Shown: one piece after another, positions 42,181 to 53,883 of the stretch
Layout of the letters: every line of letters starts with the position of its first letter
Numbering within the stretch: position 1 is the stretch's first letter
Source: an uncultured Actinomycetes bacterium
Lineage (GTDB): Bacteria > Actinomycetota > UBA4738 > HRBIN12
Reading direction: 5' to 3'
Length of the DNA: 64,000 nt
Assembly: GCA_963817235.1 (NCBI GenBank)
Contig: CAWFNS010000013.1
Span: 12,354-76,353, forward strand
Translations under genes and position numbers: made by a program
Notes under the pieces: model-generated
Database searches by the model: none
The model's input: only the letters and a program-made list of their open reading frames with translations
What the model was told of the DNA's origin: nothing

Positions 42181-43347
42181 TCAGAGGGCCGCGTACGTGG
42201 CGAAATCGGCCTGCACCTTGGGCACGACGCCGACGACGTACATGCCGTTCAGGCAGCCCGGGCACCACGAGGACGCCGCGATCGCCCCGGCGGTGTCGAG
42301 CGGGTCGGCGCAGCCCTTCAACCGGTCCACGATCGCGCCGTACCCGTAGACGTCCCACCCGTGCTGGATCGTCTCCTTCGTGGCCTGGAGCCCCTGCTGG
42401 AGCGACACGTAGTTCTGGACGCCGACGCTGTTGAAGTCGGTGGAGCCCGACATCCCATGCGTCGTGGCCAGGGGGTTCCAGGACGCCTGGGTGAACTCCT
42501 GCACCTGCCACGCGACGACCACGACCTCGTTGTCGTGGCACGTCGGCGCGCCGAGGATCCGCAGCAACAGATCCGCCCACGACCCGTACGAGACGTGGTC
42601 GGCTCCCTGGAAGGCCGACGCGACCGAGGCGACGCTCTCTCCCTTCAGCTCCTGCTGGAGGCTCGCGATCAGGTGGACGAGGTGCGCGCGCGTCGCGTCG
42701 AGGCGCGTCCACGCGGCCTGCTCGGCCGCGAGCGCGTCGGTCTCCTCGCGCCGGGCCGCCGCCAGCTCGTCGAGCATCGCCCGGCGCGCCGCCAGCAGGG
42801 CCTCGACGTCATGCGCGTGGTCGCGCAGCCGCGCCTGCGCCACCAGCAGCTCACCGGCGATCTGCGCCTGCGCGTCGGCCACCGCGTCGCCGAACGCGAG
42901 CCGGTCCTGGACCTCGCCGATCGAGTTCGCGCCGAGGACCATGTCGAGCGTCTGCGCCCCCGGCAGGCCGCCCGGGCTGTCCATGAACGTCTCGACCGCG
43001 GCGTCGTGCAGCCTCGCCTCGGCGTCGCGGTAGGCGGCCTGCACGGCGTCGATCCGATCGCGGAGGCTGATGCGCGCGTGCAGCAGCAGCCCGAGCTCGC
43101 GATCCGCCCGCTCGTACCGCGCCCCAGCCTTGGCCGCTTGCTCCTTCAGGCTCTCGAGGCTGGCGGCCTGCGAACGGATCCGCTCGGTGAGGGCCCGGAG
43201 CTGGCTCTGCGCCTGCTCGAGGCGGGAGGAGGACGACCCGGACGCACCCGGCGCGAGCGCGGCGGTCAGGAGCATCGCGACGGCCGCGGCCGTCATCCGG
43301 CGCCGCACGCGGGCACGCCGGAGCGCGGTGGACCCATCCCCGGTCAT
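42181..43347 (-). CDS. Secreted coiled-coil (PcsB/RipA-like) protein with a C-terminal lysozyme-like domain
   Basis: Signal peptide, long coiled coil, then [26 protein letters not shown]. Confidence 0.65.
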   Translation of the reverse strand: MTGDGSTALRRARVRRRMTAAAVAMLLTAALAPGASGSSSSRLEQAQSQLRALTERIRSQAASLESLKEQAAKAGARYERADRELGLLLHARISLRDRIDAVQAAYRDAEARLHDAAVETFMDSPGGLPGAQTLDMVLGANSIGEVQDRLAFGDAVADAQAQIAGELLVAQARLRDHAHDVEALLAARRAMLDELAAARREETDALAAEQAAWTRLDATRAHLVHLIASLQQELKGESVASVASAFQGADHVSYGSWADLLLRILGAPTCHDNEVVVVAWQVQEFTQASWNPLATTHGMSGSTDFNSVGVQNYVSLQQGLQATKETIQHGWDVYGYGAIVDRLKGCADPLDTAGAIAASSWCPGCLNGMYVVGVVPKVQADFATYAAL

Positions 43348-43448
43348 GCCTCGGATATCGTCGCCGGGCGGCGGAGGGTTGAATCCCATTGCGGCGCAGA
43401 CATCTTGGTGTTCTCCGCGCGTGGGGTCGGTGCCCTAGACTTGCCCCG

Positions 43449-44343
43449 ATGCACGGGCCCTGCCGGATCGGCGTCCAACTCCCCGAGGTCGAGCGCGTCG
43501 TGCGGTGGCCGGAGTACGCCTCGATCGCGCGCGCCGCGGAAGCGGCGGGGTTCGACTCGATCTGGGTCGGCGACCACCACCTCTATCGCGAGGACGGCAG
43601 GCCCGAACGTGCGCCGTGGGAGGCGTGGACGATGCTCGCCGCGCTCGCCTCGATCACGGAGCGGGTCCGTCTCGGTCCGCTCGTGGCGTGCCTCAACTTC
43701 GCGGAACCGGGCGTGCTGGCCAGGGCGGCGGCCACGGTCGACGAGCAGAGCGGCGGCCGGCTCGTCCTCGGCGTCGGCTCCGGCTGGAACGAACCGGAGT
43801 TCGACGCGTTCGGCATCCCGTTCGATCATCGGGTCGCCCGGTTCGAGGAGTCGTTCGAGATCCTCCGGCGGCTCCTCGACGGCGAGCGGGTCACGCTCGC
43901 GGGCCGCTGGCACCGGGTGGACGACGCGGTGCTGCTCCCCCGGCCGACCCGGCGGCCGCCGCTCATGATCGGCTCGAACGGCGAGCGGATGCTGGCCGCG
44001 ACGCTCCCCCACGTCGACGCGTGGAACACGTGGTTCGACGACTACGGGAACACGCCGGAGGGCTTCGCGGCGCTGCGCACCCGGATCGACGAGGCGTGCG
44101 GCGCGGCCGGGCGCGATCCGGCGACGCTCGAGCGGAGCGCCTGCGTGCTGGTCCGGCTCGCGGGCGGGGGCGCGGAACGACCGGCCGAGCCCGACCTGGC
44201 GCCGGTCGAGGCACGGTCGGCGGCCGAGGTCGTCCGGGCGCTCGCGGACGCCGGCGCGGACGAGGTCATCTTCGTCTGCGATCCGATCACCGAGGGGTCC
44301 GTCGCGCGAGCTCGCGGCCGCGCTCGAGCCGCTCGCGACCTGA
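43449..44343 (+). CDS. LLM-class flavin-dependent oxidoreductase (frameshift ~44305)
   Basis: [40 protein letters not shown]. Confidence 0.92.
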
Positions 44344-44346
44344 CGG

Positions 44347-44936
44347 TCAGTCGCGCGCCAAGCCCGCGCGCGAGCGACGAGACCGCGAGGCCGAGCCCGG
44401 CCCCACCGACGAGGTCCAGCGGGAGGTGCGCCCCGACGTACATCCGGCCGTAGGCCGTGGTGGCGACCCCGGCCACCAGGAGCGGATGCATCCACCGCGG
44501 CGTCGCCGGCCAGGCGGTGCACGCGATCGTGATCGCCACGGCGGTATGCCCCGAGACCCAGCCCAGGTCGCCCGCGATCCCCTCCCGGAGCCGGACGTCC
44601 GAGAGGATCGCGGCCGGCCGCGGCCGGCCGCCGAGGGGCTTCGCCTGCTTCGCGAGCACCCAGGCCGCCGTGCCGCCCAGCCCGATCGCCGCGCCCAGGC
44701 GTCGCCGGCCGGTCAGGAACGCGAGCGCCGCGACCGCCGGCACGGTGCCGAACGTCCCCATCTGCATCACGGCGCGGACCGGCGCCCGGAGCCCGTCGGG
44801 GGCGTCGTTCGCCAGACGGAAGAGCTGTTCCTCGACCGGCGCAAGGATCCTTGCGGCGCACGAGCCGCCGGCTCCCCTCGAACAGCGCGGCGCCCAGCAG
44901 GAACAGGGCGACGTCCGACCTGCGGGCCCGGGCCAT
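44347..44936 (-). CDS. PAP2-family membrane phosphatase (frameshift ~44850; 3' end approximate)
   Basis: K...GRPRP, SGH, RMYVGAH.PLD. Confidence 0.85.
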
Positions 44937-44956
44937 GGCGGCGAGGATACGCGTGC

Positions 44957-46125
44957 CTACAGGACCGGCGTGCCCCGGCGGATCACGGTCCGCACGATCG
45001 GCGCGCCGGGCCGGTAGGCCAGGTGGACGTGCGACGGCGCGTCGAGCACGACGAGATCGGCGAACGGCCCCGGGGGCGACCCGGCCGACGTCCGTGCGCC
45101 GGAGCGCGGCCGCGCCGCCGGCGGTCGCCGACCACGTCGCCTCCTCGGGCGTCATCCGCATCGCCGTGACGGCGAGCGCCACGACGAGCGGCATGCTCGT
45201 CGTGAACGAGGTGCCGGGGTTGCAGTCGGTCGCGAGCGCGACGCGGACGCCGGCGGCGAGCAGCGCCCGCGCGTCGGGCCACGGGTGCCGCGTCGAGAGG
45301 TCCGCGACCGGCAGGAGGGTCGCGACGACGTCGGCGCCCGCGAGGGCGTCGACGTCGCCACCGGTCAGGTACGTGAGGTGGTCGGCGCTCGCGGCGCCGA
45401 CCTCGGCCGCGAGGCGCGCGCCCGGGCCGTGCTCGAGCTGGTTCGCGTGCAGCCGCAGCCCGAGGCCACGGGCGGCCGCGGCCTGGAGGATCCGGCGGGA
45501 CGCGTCCTCGTCGAACGCTCCGCGGTCGCAGAACACGTCGCACCAGCGCGCGAGCGGTGCGCACGTGTCGAGCATCTCGCCGCAGAGGAGGTCCACATAG
45601 GCGCCCGGATCGTGCGGCGAGCTCCGGCGGGACGACGTGCGCCCCGAGGAACGTGACCTCCTCGGTGATCCCGGCGGCGATCCGCAGCAGCCGGGCCTCG
45701 TCGGCGACGGTCAGCCCGTAGCCGGACTTCACCTCGAGCGTGGTGGTGCCGCCGCGGAGCGCCTCGGCCGCCAGGCGTCGCGCGTTCGTCCGCAGCGCCT
45801 CGTCGCCGGCGGCGCGCGTGGCCGTCACCGTCGTGCGGATCCCCCCGGCCGCGTACGGCTCACCGCGCATCCGGGCGTCGAACTCCGCGGTCCGGTCCCC
45901 CGCGAACACGAGGTGGGTGTGCGCGTCGACGAAGCCGGGGAGCACCGCGGCGCCGGCGGCGTCGAGCCGGGGGCCGGCGACCCCCTCGGGCACCGCGCCC
46001 GCCGGACCCGCCCAGACGACGCGGTCGCCGTCGACCGCGACCGCGGCGTCGCGCAGCAGCCCGAGCCGTCCTTCGCCGAGCTCCGGATCGTTCGTGACGA
46101 GCTCGCCGATCCCCTCGACGAGCAC
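44957..46125 (-). CDS. hutI: Imidazolonepropionase (frameshifts ~45615 and ~45070)
   Basis: [43 protein letters not shown]. Confidence 0.95.
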
Positions 46126-46128
46126 GCC

Positions 46129-47797
46129 TCAGTCCTCGGCCATCGGCACGCGGAGGCCACGCGTCCGCGCGACCTCCTCGGCCTCCTCGTAGCCGGCGTC
46201 GACGTGACGGAGCACGCCCATCGCGGGGTCGTTCGTCAGCACGCGCTCGGCCTTCGCGCCGGCGAGCTCGGTCCCATCGACCACGACGACCTGCCCGGCG
46301 TGGATCGAGCGGCCGATCCCGACGCCGCCGCCGTGGTGGATGCTGACCCACGACGCGCCGCTCGCCGTGTTCACGAGCGCGTTCAGCAGCGGCCAGTCGG
46401 CGATCGCGTCGGAGCCGTCGGCCATCGCCTCGGTCTCGCGGTACGGGCTCGCGACGCTCCCGCTGTCGAGGTGGTCGCGGCCGATCACGATCGGCGCCGA
46501 CAGCTCGCCCGAGGCCACCATCTCGTTGAACCGCACGCCGGCCTTCGCTCGCTCGCCGTAGCCGAGCCAGCAGATCCGGGCCGGCAGCCCCTGGAACGCG
46601 ACCCGTTCGGCGGCCATCGCGAGCCACCGCTGCAGGCGCTCGTCGTCGGGGAACAGGCGCGCGACGGCGCGGTCGGTCTTCGCGATGTCCTCGGGATCGC
46701 CCGAGAGCGCGGCCCAGCGGAACGGTCCCTTGCCCTCGCAGAACATCGGCCGCACGAACGCCGGCACGAAGCCCGGGTACGCGTATGCGCGATCGTGCGC
46801 GAGCCCGCCGCGCTCGGCGCCGCCGCGGAGGTTGTTCCCGTAGTCGAACGCCACCGCCCCGCCCTCCTGGAACGCGACGATCGCCTCGACGTGCGCCGCC
46901 ATCGAGGCGAGCGACCGGCGTTCGTACCCGTCGGGATCGGCCGCACGCAGCGCGTCGGCGTCCTCGACCGACAGCCCCGCCGGCACGTAGCCGCCGAGCG
47001 GATCGTGCGCGCTCGTCTGGTCGGTGACGATGTCGGGTGCCCAGCTCACGCTGCACGAGCAAGGGCAGGACCTCGGCGCAGTTGCCGAGCAGGCCGATCG
47101 ACAGCGGCTCGCGGTTCGCGCGGGCCTCGTCGGCCCAGCGGAGCGCCTCCTCGAGGTCGGCGGTCTCGCGATCGAGGTAGCGCGTCTTGATGCGGCGCTC
47201 GATCCGAGACGGGTCGACCTCGACGCAGATCGCGACGCCGTCGTTCATCGTGACGGCGAGCGGCTGCGCGCCGCCCATCCCGCCGAGCCCACCCGTCAGC
47301 GTGACGGTGCCGGCGAGCGTCCCGCCGAAGTGCTGCGCCGCGCACTCCGCGAAGGTCTCGAACGTCCCCTGGAGGATCCCCTGCGTCCCGATGTAGATCC
47401 ACGAGCCGGCCGTCATCTGGCCGTACATCGTGAGGCCGAGCGCCTCGAGCCGGCGGAACTCGTCCCACGTCGCCCACTCGGGCACGAGGTTCGCGTTCGC
47501 GATCAACACGCGCGGCGCCCACTCGTGCGTCCGCAGCACGCCGACCGGCTTGCCCGACTGCACGAGGAGGGTCTCGTCGTCGCGGAGACGGCGGAGCTCG
47601 CGGACGATCGCGTCGAAGGCGGCCCAGGACCGCGCGGCGCGCCCGGTGCCGCCGTACACCACGAGGTCGTCCGGCCGCTCGGCGACGTCGGGATCGAGGT
47701 TGTTCATCAACATCCGCATCGCGGCTTCCTGCTGCCAGCCGAGACACGTGATGGCCGTGCCGCGCGGCGCCCGGACCTCGCGCGCTCCCGCGCTCAT
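46129..47797 (-). CDS. hutU: Urocanate hydratase (frameshift ~47045)
   Basis: [47 protein letters not shown]. Confidence 0.97.
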
Positions 47798-47879
47798 CGT
47801 TCGCTCGCCGGGTCGAGGACGCCCATCGCCGTACTATCCCTCGTCGGCCTCGTGGCCGCACGGACGAGGAGGCGGAGCC

Positions 47880-48422
47880 ATGCCGGCATCACGGGTGGAC
47901 GTCCGGGCGATCCAGCGCCCGATCAGGGAGGGCTACAACGCAGATCCCGCCACCGCCGTGCAGCGACTGCGGGTCACCGGCGGTACCGCCGACCTCACCG
48001 ACCCGCTCCACGTCGAGTCGGAGCCGGCGTCGGTGCCGGGATGGACGTTCCGTGCCGGCGCGCATCCGGCCGTCGGCGGCGTGGGCGACGTGCCGTGTTC
48101 CGGGGACGTGGTGCTCGCGGCGCTCGTCGCGTGCCAGGAGATCACGCTGCGGATGGTGGCGGCCAACATGGGGATCGCGATCGAGCACCTGGAGATCGTG
48201 GCGGAGGCGGACTGGGATCCGCGGGGAACGCTCGCGATGGGCCGCGAGTTCCCGATCGGCATCCGGGCGATCACCTGCCGCACGACGGTGACGATCTCGG
48301 GCGACGAGCGCGGCGAACGCGCGGAACGCCTCCTGCGGAGCGCCGAGCGCTACTGCGTGGTCCTGGACACGCTGCGGACCGGCGTCGAGGTCGACGCCTC
48401 GGTCGAGGTCCGCGCCGGATAG
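47880..48422 (+). CDS. OsmC-family protein
   Basis: HPAVGG..CSGD..LAALVAC, ERYCVV.DTL; GAGGAGG RBS. Confidence 0.88.
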   Translation: MPASRVDVRAIQRPIREGYNADPATAVQRLRVTGGTADLTDPLHVESEPASVPGWTFRAGAHPAVGGVGDVPCSGDVVLAALVACQEITLRMVAANMGIAIEHLEIVAEADWDPRGTLAMGREFPIGIRAITCRTTVTISGDERGERAERLLRSAERYCVVLDTLRTGVEVDASVEVRAG

Positions 48423-48432
48423 GCTCGCCGGC

Positions 48433-48897
48433 GTGGACGACGACACGCCGGGGACCCGGGCCGCCCGCGCGGCGGGGCTGTCGTTCGACGTCGTCCGCAC
48501 CGAACGGCCCTCGAGCGCACAGGAGAGCGCCGACCTGCAGGGCATCGAGCTCGGGCAGCTGCTGCGCACGATCGTGATCCGGCGCGGCGCCGACGACTAC
48601 GTCTTCGTCCTGGTCCCCGGGGGCCGGCAGATCGACTGGCCGAAGCTCCGCATGCACCTCGGGACGCGACGGCTCTCCCTGCCCGACGAGGCCGAGGCGA
48701 AGGAGGCGACCGGCTACGAACGCGGCGCGATCACGCCGTTCGGCGCGACCCACGCCTGGCCGGTGATCGCCGACGCCGCGGTCGAACGCTCCGAGCGCGT
48801 GGCGATCGGCGCCGGCGAGCGCGGCGCGAACCTCCACGTCGCATCGAGCGATCTCGTGCGTGCCCTGCACGCCGACGTGGTCGACGTCACCGCCTAG
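48433..48897 (+). CDS. YbaK/EbsC-family aminoacyl-tRNA deacylase
   Basis: LLRTIV, LVPGGR, TGYERGAITPFG, IGAG. Confidence 0.9.
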   Translation: MDDDTPGTRAARAAGLSFDVVRTERPSSAQESADLQGIELGQLLRTIVIRRGADDYVFVLVPGGRQIDWPKLRMHLGTRRLSLPDEAEAKEATGYERGAITPFGATHAWPVIADAAVERSERVAIGAGERGANLHVASSDLVRALHADVVDVTA

Positions 48898-49902
48898 TAC
48901 TGCTGCGACCGGTTCGACACCAGGACGAGCACGGCGGCGGCCACCGCGAGCAGGACGGCGAGCAGGACGTACAGCTGGGCCGAGCTGCTGATCTTGAGCT
49001 CGGTGGAGAGCTTCGTCCCGAGCTTCCGGTAGACCCCGCTCAGCTGGCCCGCGGTGCTCGCCGTGGCGACCGTCCCGCCCGTGGTCGCGGCGAGCTGCGT
49101 CAGCAGTGCCGCGTCCGCTCCGCCCTTCCCCCCGCCGCCGATCACCACCGTGTAGACCGGGACGCCCAGCTGCGGCCGCGCGGGCGGCCGCGTCGGCCGG
49201 CGAGACCGAGCTCCCCGTGTCGTGACCGTCGGAGAGCAGGATGACGGCGGCGTCGGTCTGGCCATCGACCGACCACTGTCCCTCGATCTGGTCCAGCGCC
49301 TTCGAGAGCCCGTCGCCGATCACCGTGCCCTTGCCGCGAGGCAGATCCCCGAGCGCGGACCCGACCTTCGTGCGATCGGTGGACGGCGGGGCCAGCACGG
49401 TCGGCGCGGCGTCGAAGACGACGAGCCCGACCCGGAAGCTCGCCGGCACGTCGCCGACGAAGTTCCGGGCCGCCGCTTCCGCGGCCGCGAGCCGGCTCGG
49501 TGCGACGTCGGTGTTGCTCATCGACTGCGAGGTGTCGATCGCGAGGATCACGATCGGCCCGTGCTGGGTCTTGCCCAGCCGGAACTTCGTCAGGGCGACG
49601 CCGAGGGACGCCACCGCCCCGACCAGCAGGAGGATCGGCAACACACGGAGCCACAGCGGCGCCTTCGCGAAGGCCGACCGACGGGCGATCTTCTTCTTCG
49701 GGGCCGGCGTCGAACGCATGGCGCTCGACCCGGATGACGACGGAGACGACGACCCGCCGAGCCGCATGTCCCGGTTCGCGGGCGGCGGGGCCGATCGCGA
49801 CGGCGCCGATCGGGACGACGGCATGTTGCGACGGGAGCCGAGCACGAGGACGACGGCCGCGATGCCCACCAGCAGCGCGACCGTCACGAGGATCGCGGTC
49901 AC
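48894..49902 (-). CDS. Membrane-anchored VWA-domain protein (frameshift ~49170)
   Basis: MIDAS DTSQSM, RL.AA, T.IGD, LLSDG; N- and C-terminal TMs. Confidence 0.88.
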
Positions 49903-49950
49903 GCCGGTAACGCTACCCGGGGATCGGGGCCCTGGACACGACCGGAAGCC

Positions 49951-50283
49951 TTACGCCCGAGGCCGGAGCTCGATCGTGCCGTCGGTCACGCGGGTCTCGA
50001 ACGCCGGCACGGGGCGCGGCGCCGGCGCGCGGACGACCGCGCCGTCCGTCAGCCGGAACACGCTGCCGTGCGCCGGACAGGTGACGGTCGCCTGCGCGTC
50101 GAGCACCCGGACCGCGCCGCGATCCAGCGGCGCCCCCTGGTGGGTGCACCGGTTCCCGATCGCGAAGATCCGCTCGTCCGCCCGATAGAGCAGGACCTGC
50201 GTCCCGTCGACCTCCGCACGGGTCGCCCGACGGTCCGCCAGCTCCTCGAGCGCGAGCACCGGCGTCCACCCGTCCTCCGACAT
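49951..50283 (-). CDS. Rieske (2Fe-2S) ferredoxin
   Basis: CTHQG..CPAHG. Confidence 0.92.
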   Translation of the reverse strand: MSEDGWTPVLALEELADRRATRAEVDGTQVLLYRADERIFAIGNRCTHQGAPLDRGAVRVLDAQATVTCPAHGSVFRLTDGAVVRAPAPRPVPAFETRVTDGTIELRPRA

Positions 50284-50324
50284 GGGGTGCATCGTAGGGG
50301 CTGTGCCGGGTCGGGACCAGCCGC

Positions 50325-51095
50325 TCAGGCCGCGGCGCCGACGAAGCCGAGCATCCTTCGCCAGGCGTCGGCGCTGGCGTCCGCGTGCTCCTCGGCCCTC
50401 CGGTCGAAGAACGAGTGCGGCGCCCCGGGATACACGACGATCTCGTTCGCGACGCCCGCGGCCGCGAGCGCGGCGCGGAACCCGTCCACGGCCTCCCCGG
50501 GGATCGCCTGATCCGCGCCGCCGAAGAGCCCGAGCACACGGCATCGGTAGTCGGCCGCACGGACCGTGGGCGCGGACCGATCGTCCGGATCCGTCTGCTG
50601 CGGCCACCCGTAGAAGCCGATCACGCCGTCCAGGCCGTGCTCCGCCGCCGCCTGGTTGAAGGAGTTCCGGCCGCCGAAGCAGAACCCGACGGTGTACGTC
50701 CGCGTCGCGCCGCCGCCCGCCGCCGACCGGAGGTGCGCGAGCGTGGCCGCCACGTCGAGGGCGATCGTCTCGGGCTGCGTCTGCTGCACATGGGGGGTGT
50801 ACTCGAACGTGTCGTCGCGCTCACCGAGCCCCGCGGTCCGGCCGAAGTAGTCCATCGCGGTCGCATGCACCCCGGCCTCGGCGAACCGGATCGCCAGATC
50901 CCGGTAGAACGGATGGAGCCCGCGGACGTCCGGCATGATCACCAGACCCGGCGCGTCGGCGACCGAGGCGCGTGCGCCGAACGCGGACAGGCGGTTCCCG
51001 TCGGCGGCCTCCAGCACCAGCTCGTCGGTGCCGGCGAGCCCGGCGCCTCCCCGGATCGGCGGGAGCGGCGGTCGCGCGGTCGGCTCGTAGCACAT
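50325..51095 (-). CDS. Dienelactone hydrolase family protein
   Basis: PDVRGL, GFCFGG, D, YPGAPHSF. Confidence 0.92.
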   Translation of the reverse strand: MCYEPTARPPLPPIRGGAGLAGTDELVLEAADGNRLSAFGARASVADAPGLVIMPDVRGLHPFYRDLAIRFAEAGVHATAMDYFGRTAGLGERDDTFEYTPHVQQTQPETIALDVAATLAHLRSAAGGGATRTYTVGFCFGGRNSFNQAAAEHGLDGVIGFYGWPQQTDPDDRSAPTVRAADYRCRVLGLFGGADQAIPGEAVDGFRAALAAAGVANEIVVYPGAPHSFFDRRAEEHADASADAWRRMLGFVGAAA

Positions 51096-51157
51096 GCGGG
51101 ACGTCCTCTCTGACGGCTCGTCGCATCGTACGCCGGGGTCGCGATAGGGTGCCGTCC

Positions 51158-52243
51158 GTGGCGGCCCTGCACGTGATCGCGGCGATCGTCGGCGTCCTGC
51201 TGATCGCGGTGGTCCTGTGGGAGACCTTCGAGACGCTCGTGCTCCCGCGCCGGGTCGATCGCCGGCTGCGGCTGACGAGGATCTACTTCCGGAGCTTCTG
51301 GCGCGTGTGGTCGGGCATAGGCCGGGGCTCCTCGGGGCCGGGCCGCGAGAAGTACCTCAGCGTGTTCGCGCCCCTGTCGCTCCTGTTCCTGTTCGGCCTG
51401 TGGGCGATCGGCGTGATCCTTGGGTTCGCATTGCTGCAATGGGGGCTCCAGCTCGCGATCACCGGTCACCGGGCCGGCGCCTTCGGGACCGACGTGTACT
51501 TCAGCGCGACCACGTTCTGGACGCTCGGGCTCGGCGACGTGACCCCGCTCACCTCCCCGGGCCGAGCGATCACGGCCGTCGAGGCGGGGATGGGGTTCGC
51601 GTTCCTCGCCCTCGCGATCTCGTACCTCCCGGTCATGTACCAGGCGTTCTCACGGCGCGAGGTGCGGATCTCGATGCTCGACCAGTGGGCGGGGTCGCCA
51701 CCGAGCGCGATGGAGATCTTCCGGCGCGCGACCCAGTTCGGCGACCTCGCCTCGGTGAACGGCCTGCTGGCCGATTGGGAGCTCTGGGCCGCCGAGCTGC
51801 TCGAGAGCCACCTGTCGTATCCGATCCTGGCGTGGTTCCGGTCCCAGCACGACAACCAGTCCTGGCTCGCGGCGCTCACGACGATCCTCGATGCCTCGGC
51901 CCTCGCGCTGACCGGCGTCGACGGCATCTCCCCGTGGCAGGCGCGCCGAACCTTCGCGATGGCCCGGCATGCCGTCGTCGACCTCGCGCAGGTCCTCGCC
52001 GATCGCTACGAGCCGACGGAGCACATGCGCCCGGACGACCGGTCTTCGCTGCGGGACGGGCTCGAGGCCGCCGGCGTGGGACTCCACCCCCGGATGGAGG
52101 AGCGGCTCGCGCCGTACCGCCGGATGTACGAGCCGTACGCGCACGCGCTCTCGCACCGGTTGCAGATGCCGTTGCCGCCGTTCGCCGCCGGGATCGGCGG
52201 CCCGGACGACTGGGAGACGTCGGGCTGGACGATCCCGGGCTGA
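51158..52243 (+). CDS. Potassium-channel-pore family membrane protein with a C-terminal cytoplasmic domain
   Basis: YFSATTFWTLGLGD, EA..G, SYLP..Y..FSRRE, ESHLSYP.L..FRS. Confidence 0.85.
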   Translation: MAALHVIAAIVGVLLIAVVLWETFETLVLPRRVDRRLRLTRIYFRSFWRVWSGIGRGSSGPGREKYLSVFAPLSLLFLFGLWAIGVILGFALLQWGLQLAITGHRAGAFGTDVYFSATTFWTLGLGDVTPLTSPGRAITAVEAGMGFAFLALAISYLPVMYQAFSRREVRISMLDQWAGSPPSAMEIFRRATQFGDLASVNGLLADWELWAAELLESHLSYPILAWFRSQHDNQSWLAALTTILDASALALTGVDGISPWQARRTFAMARHAVVDLAQVLADRYEPTEHMRPDDRSSLRDGLEAAGVGLHPRMEERLAPYRRMYEPYAHALSHRLQMPLPPFAAGIGGPDDWETSGWTIPG

Positions 52244-52256
52244 GCGGGCGGGTCCC

Positions 52257-53727
52257 TCAGTCGTCCGTGCGCAGCCCGACCGCGCGGTCGAGCAGGTTCA
52301 GCTGATCGGCGAGCCACGTCGCCGGCGTGTGGGCCAGGACCGTCCGCGACAGGCCGCGGGCGCGCCGGGTGCGCTCGTCCTGAGCCCATCTCGAGCGCCT
52401 GCGCGATCGCGTCGGCGGTCTCGCGCACGTCGAACGGGTTCACGCCGATCGCGTGCCGCCCGAGCCGGCCGAACGCGCCGGCGTTCCGCGACAGCACGAG
52501 CGCCCCGACCTTCCGGTTCACGAGCGGCCCCTCCATCGCGACGAGGTTCATGCCGTCGAACACCGGGTTCACGATCAACGCGTCGTACACGCCGTAGGCC
52601 GCGACCGCGTACGGCAGGTCGTGCTGCAGGCGCACGACGATCGGCGCCCAGCCGTCGCGGCCGAGCTCGGTGTTGATGCGGTGCGCTTCGGCGAGGCACT
52701 CATCGCCGTACTCGCGGTACGCGTCGAGCTCCTCACGCGACGGCGTCAGCAGCGCGAGGAAGCGCACCTTGCCGTGCCACTGCGGATGCCGCCGCAGGAA
52801 CAGCTCGTAGGCGCGGAAGCCGCGCAGGATGTTCTTCGACGGTTCGAGGCGGTCCACGCGGAGCAGCAGCTTCTGGTCCCCGAGCGAGGCCTTGATCTCG
52901 GCCCGGATCGTCGCGCACGTCGGGGTCGGCCGGACATCGCGCGCAGCGGCTCGGCGCTGACCGAGACGGGGAACGCGCGCACCAGCGACGTGCGTCCATC
53001 GAGGGACAGCCGCCAGCGACGCAGGTCCGCCTTCGCGCCCGGCAACGCCCGCGCCGACAGCAGGAAGTTCTCCGCCCAGGTCCGGGTCTGGAAGCCGATC
53101 ACGTCGGCGCCGGCCACCCCGCGAACGAGCGACTCGCGCACGCCGACCGGCAGCAGGCGCATGTACGTCTGGCCCGGGTGGGGCACGTGGGAGAAGTGGA
53201 CGATCCGCGCGTTCGGCCGGAGGTCGCGCAGGTACCGCGGGACCAGGGAGAGGTGGTAGTCCTGGATCAGGAACACGGCGTCGGCCGGCGCGTCGTCGAG
53301 CACCTCGGCGAAGGCCCGGTTCGCCTTCTCGTACGCGCTCCAGGCCTCGTCCGTCTTCGCGTCGAACACCGGCGCGCGTGCGATGTCCCACAGGAAGTGG
53401 CTCGTGAACCAGAGCACGCCGTTCGCGATCTCGTTGTAGTAGCCCTCGTAGACGTCGGGATCGAGGGACACGAACCGCAGCTGCAGGCCGATGGACTCGT
53501 CGACCGCGGCCTCGTCCGGCACGATGCGGTCGGCGTCGGACAACGCCGCGGAGACCCAGGTCGCCTCGTCGCGGTAGAAGACGCCGGACAGCGTCGTGAC
53601 GAGGCCGCCGGCGCCGCGCTTGCGCCTCGAACCCCCCGGCCCCGTCCGGCTCGAACGTGACGGGCCCGCGGTTCGAGGCGATGACCAGCGGCGACTCGAT
53701 CGCGGGCGGAACGCTCGGTTTCGCCAT
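52257..53727 (-). CDS. otsA: Trehalose-6-phosphate synthase (GT20) (about 3 frameshifts)
   Basis: SNRGP, GGL, YY..IAN..LW, QDYH, HFSH.P, VDRLEPSKN, DGMNLVA.E, LSRNAGA, VNPFD. Confidence 0.93.
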
Positions 53728-53883
53728 CACCCCGAAGTCTAGGGATTTGGCGCGGGAGCAACCTGGTCCGGATGGGCCTTGTCCGTTCTCGCGGTCGGTG
53801 CTGCAATCCCTCTCGAGAGTTCCGCGCGGCGCCAGATAGGCTGCGCGGAAACTGGCTCCGGACAGGGAAAGGGGAAGCCGTCG

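Noticed and set aside
48894-49902. VWA protein as the CODH accessory CoxE
   Set aside because: It is membrane-anchored with a DxSxS MIDAS near the start of the domain (BatA/Rv1481-like), lies on the opposite strand 4 kb away, and has no MoxR/CoxD partner.
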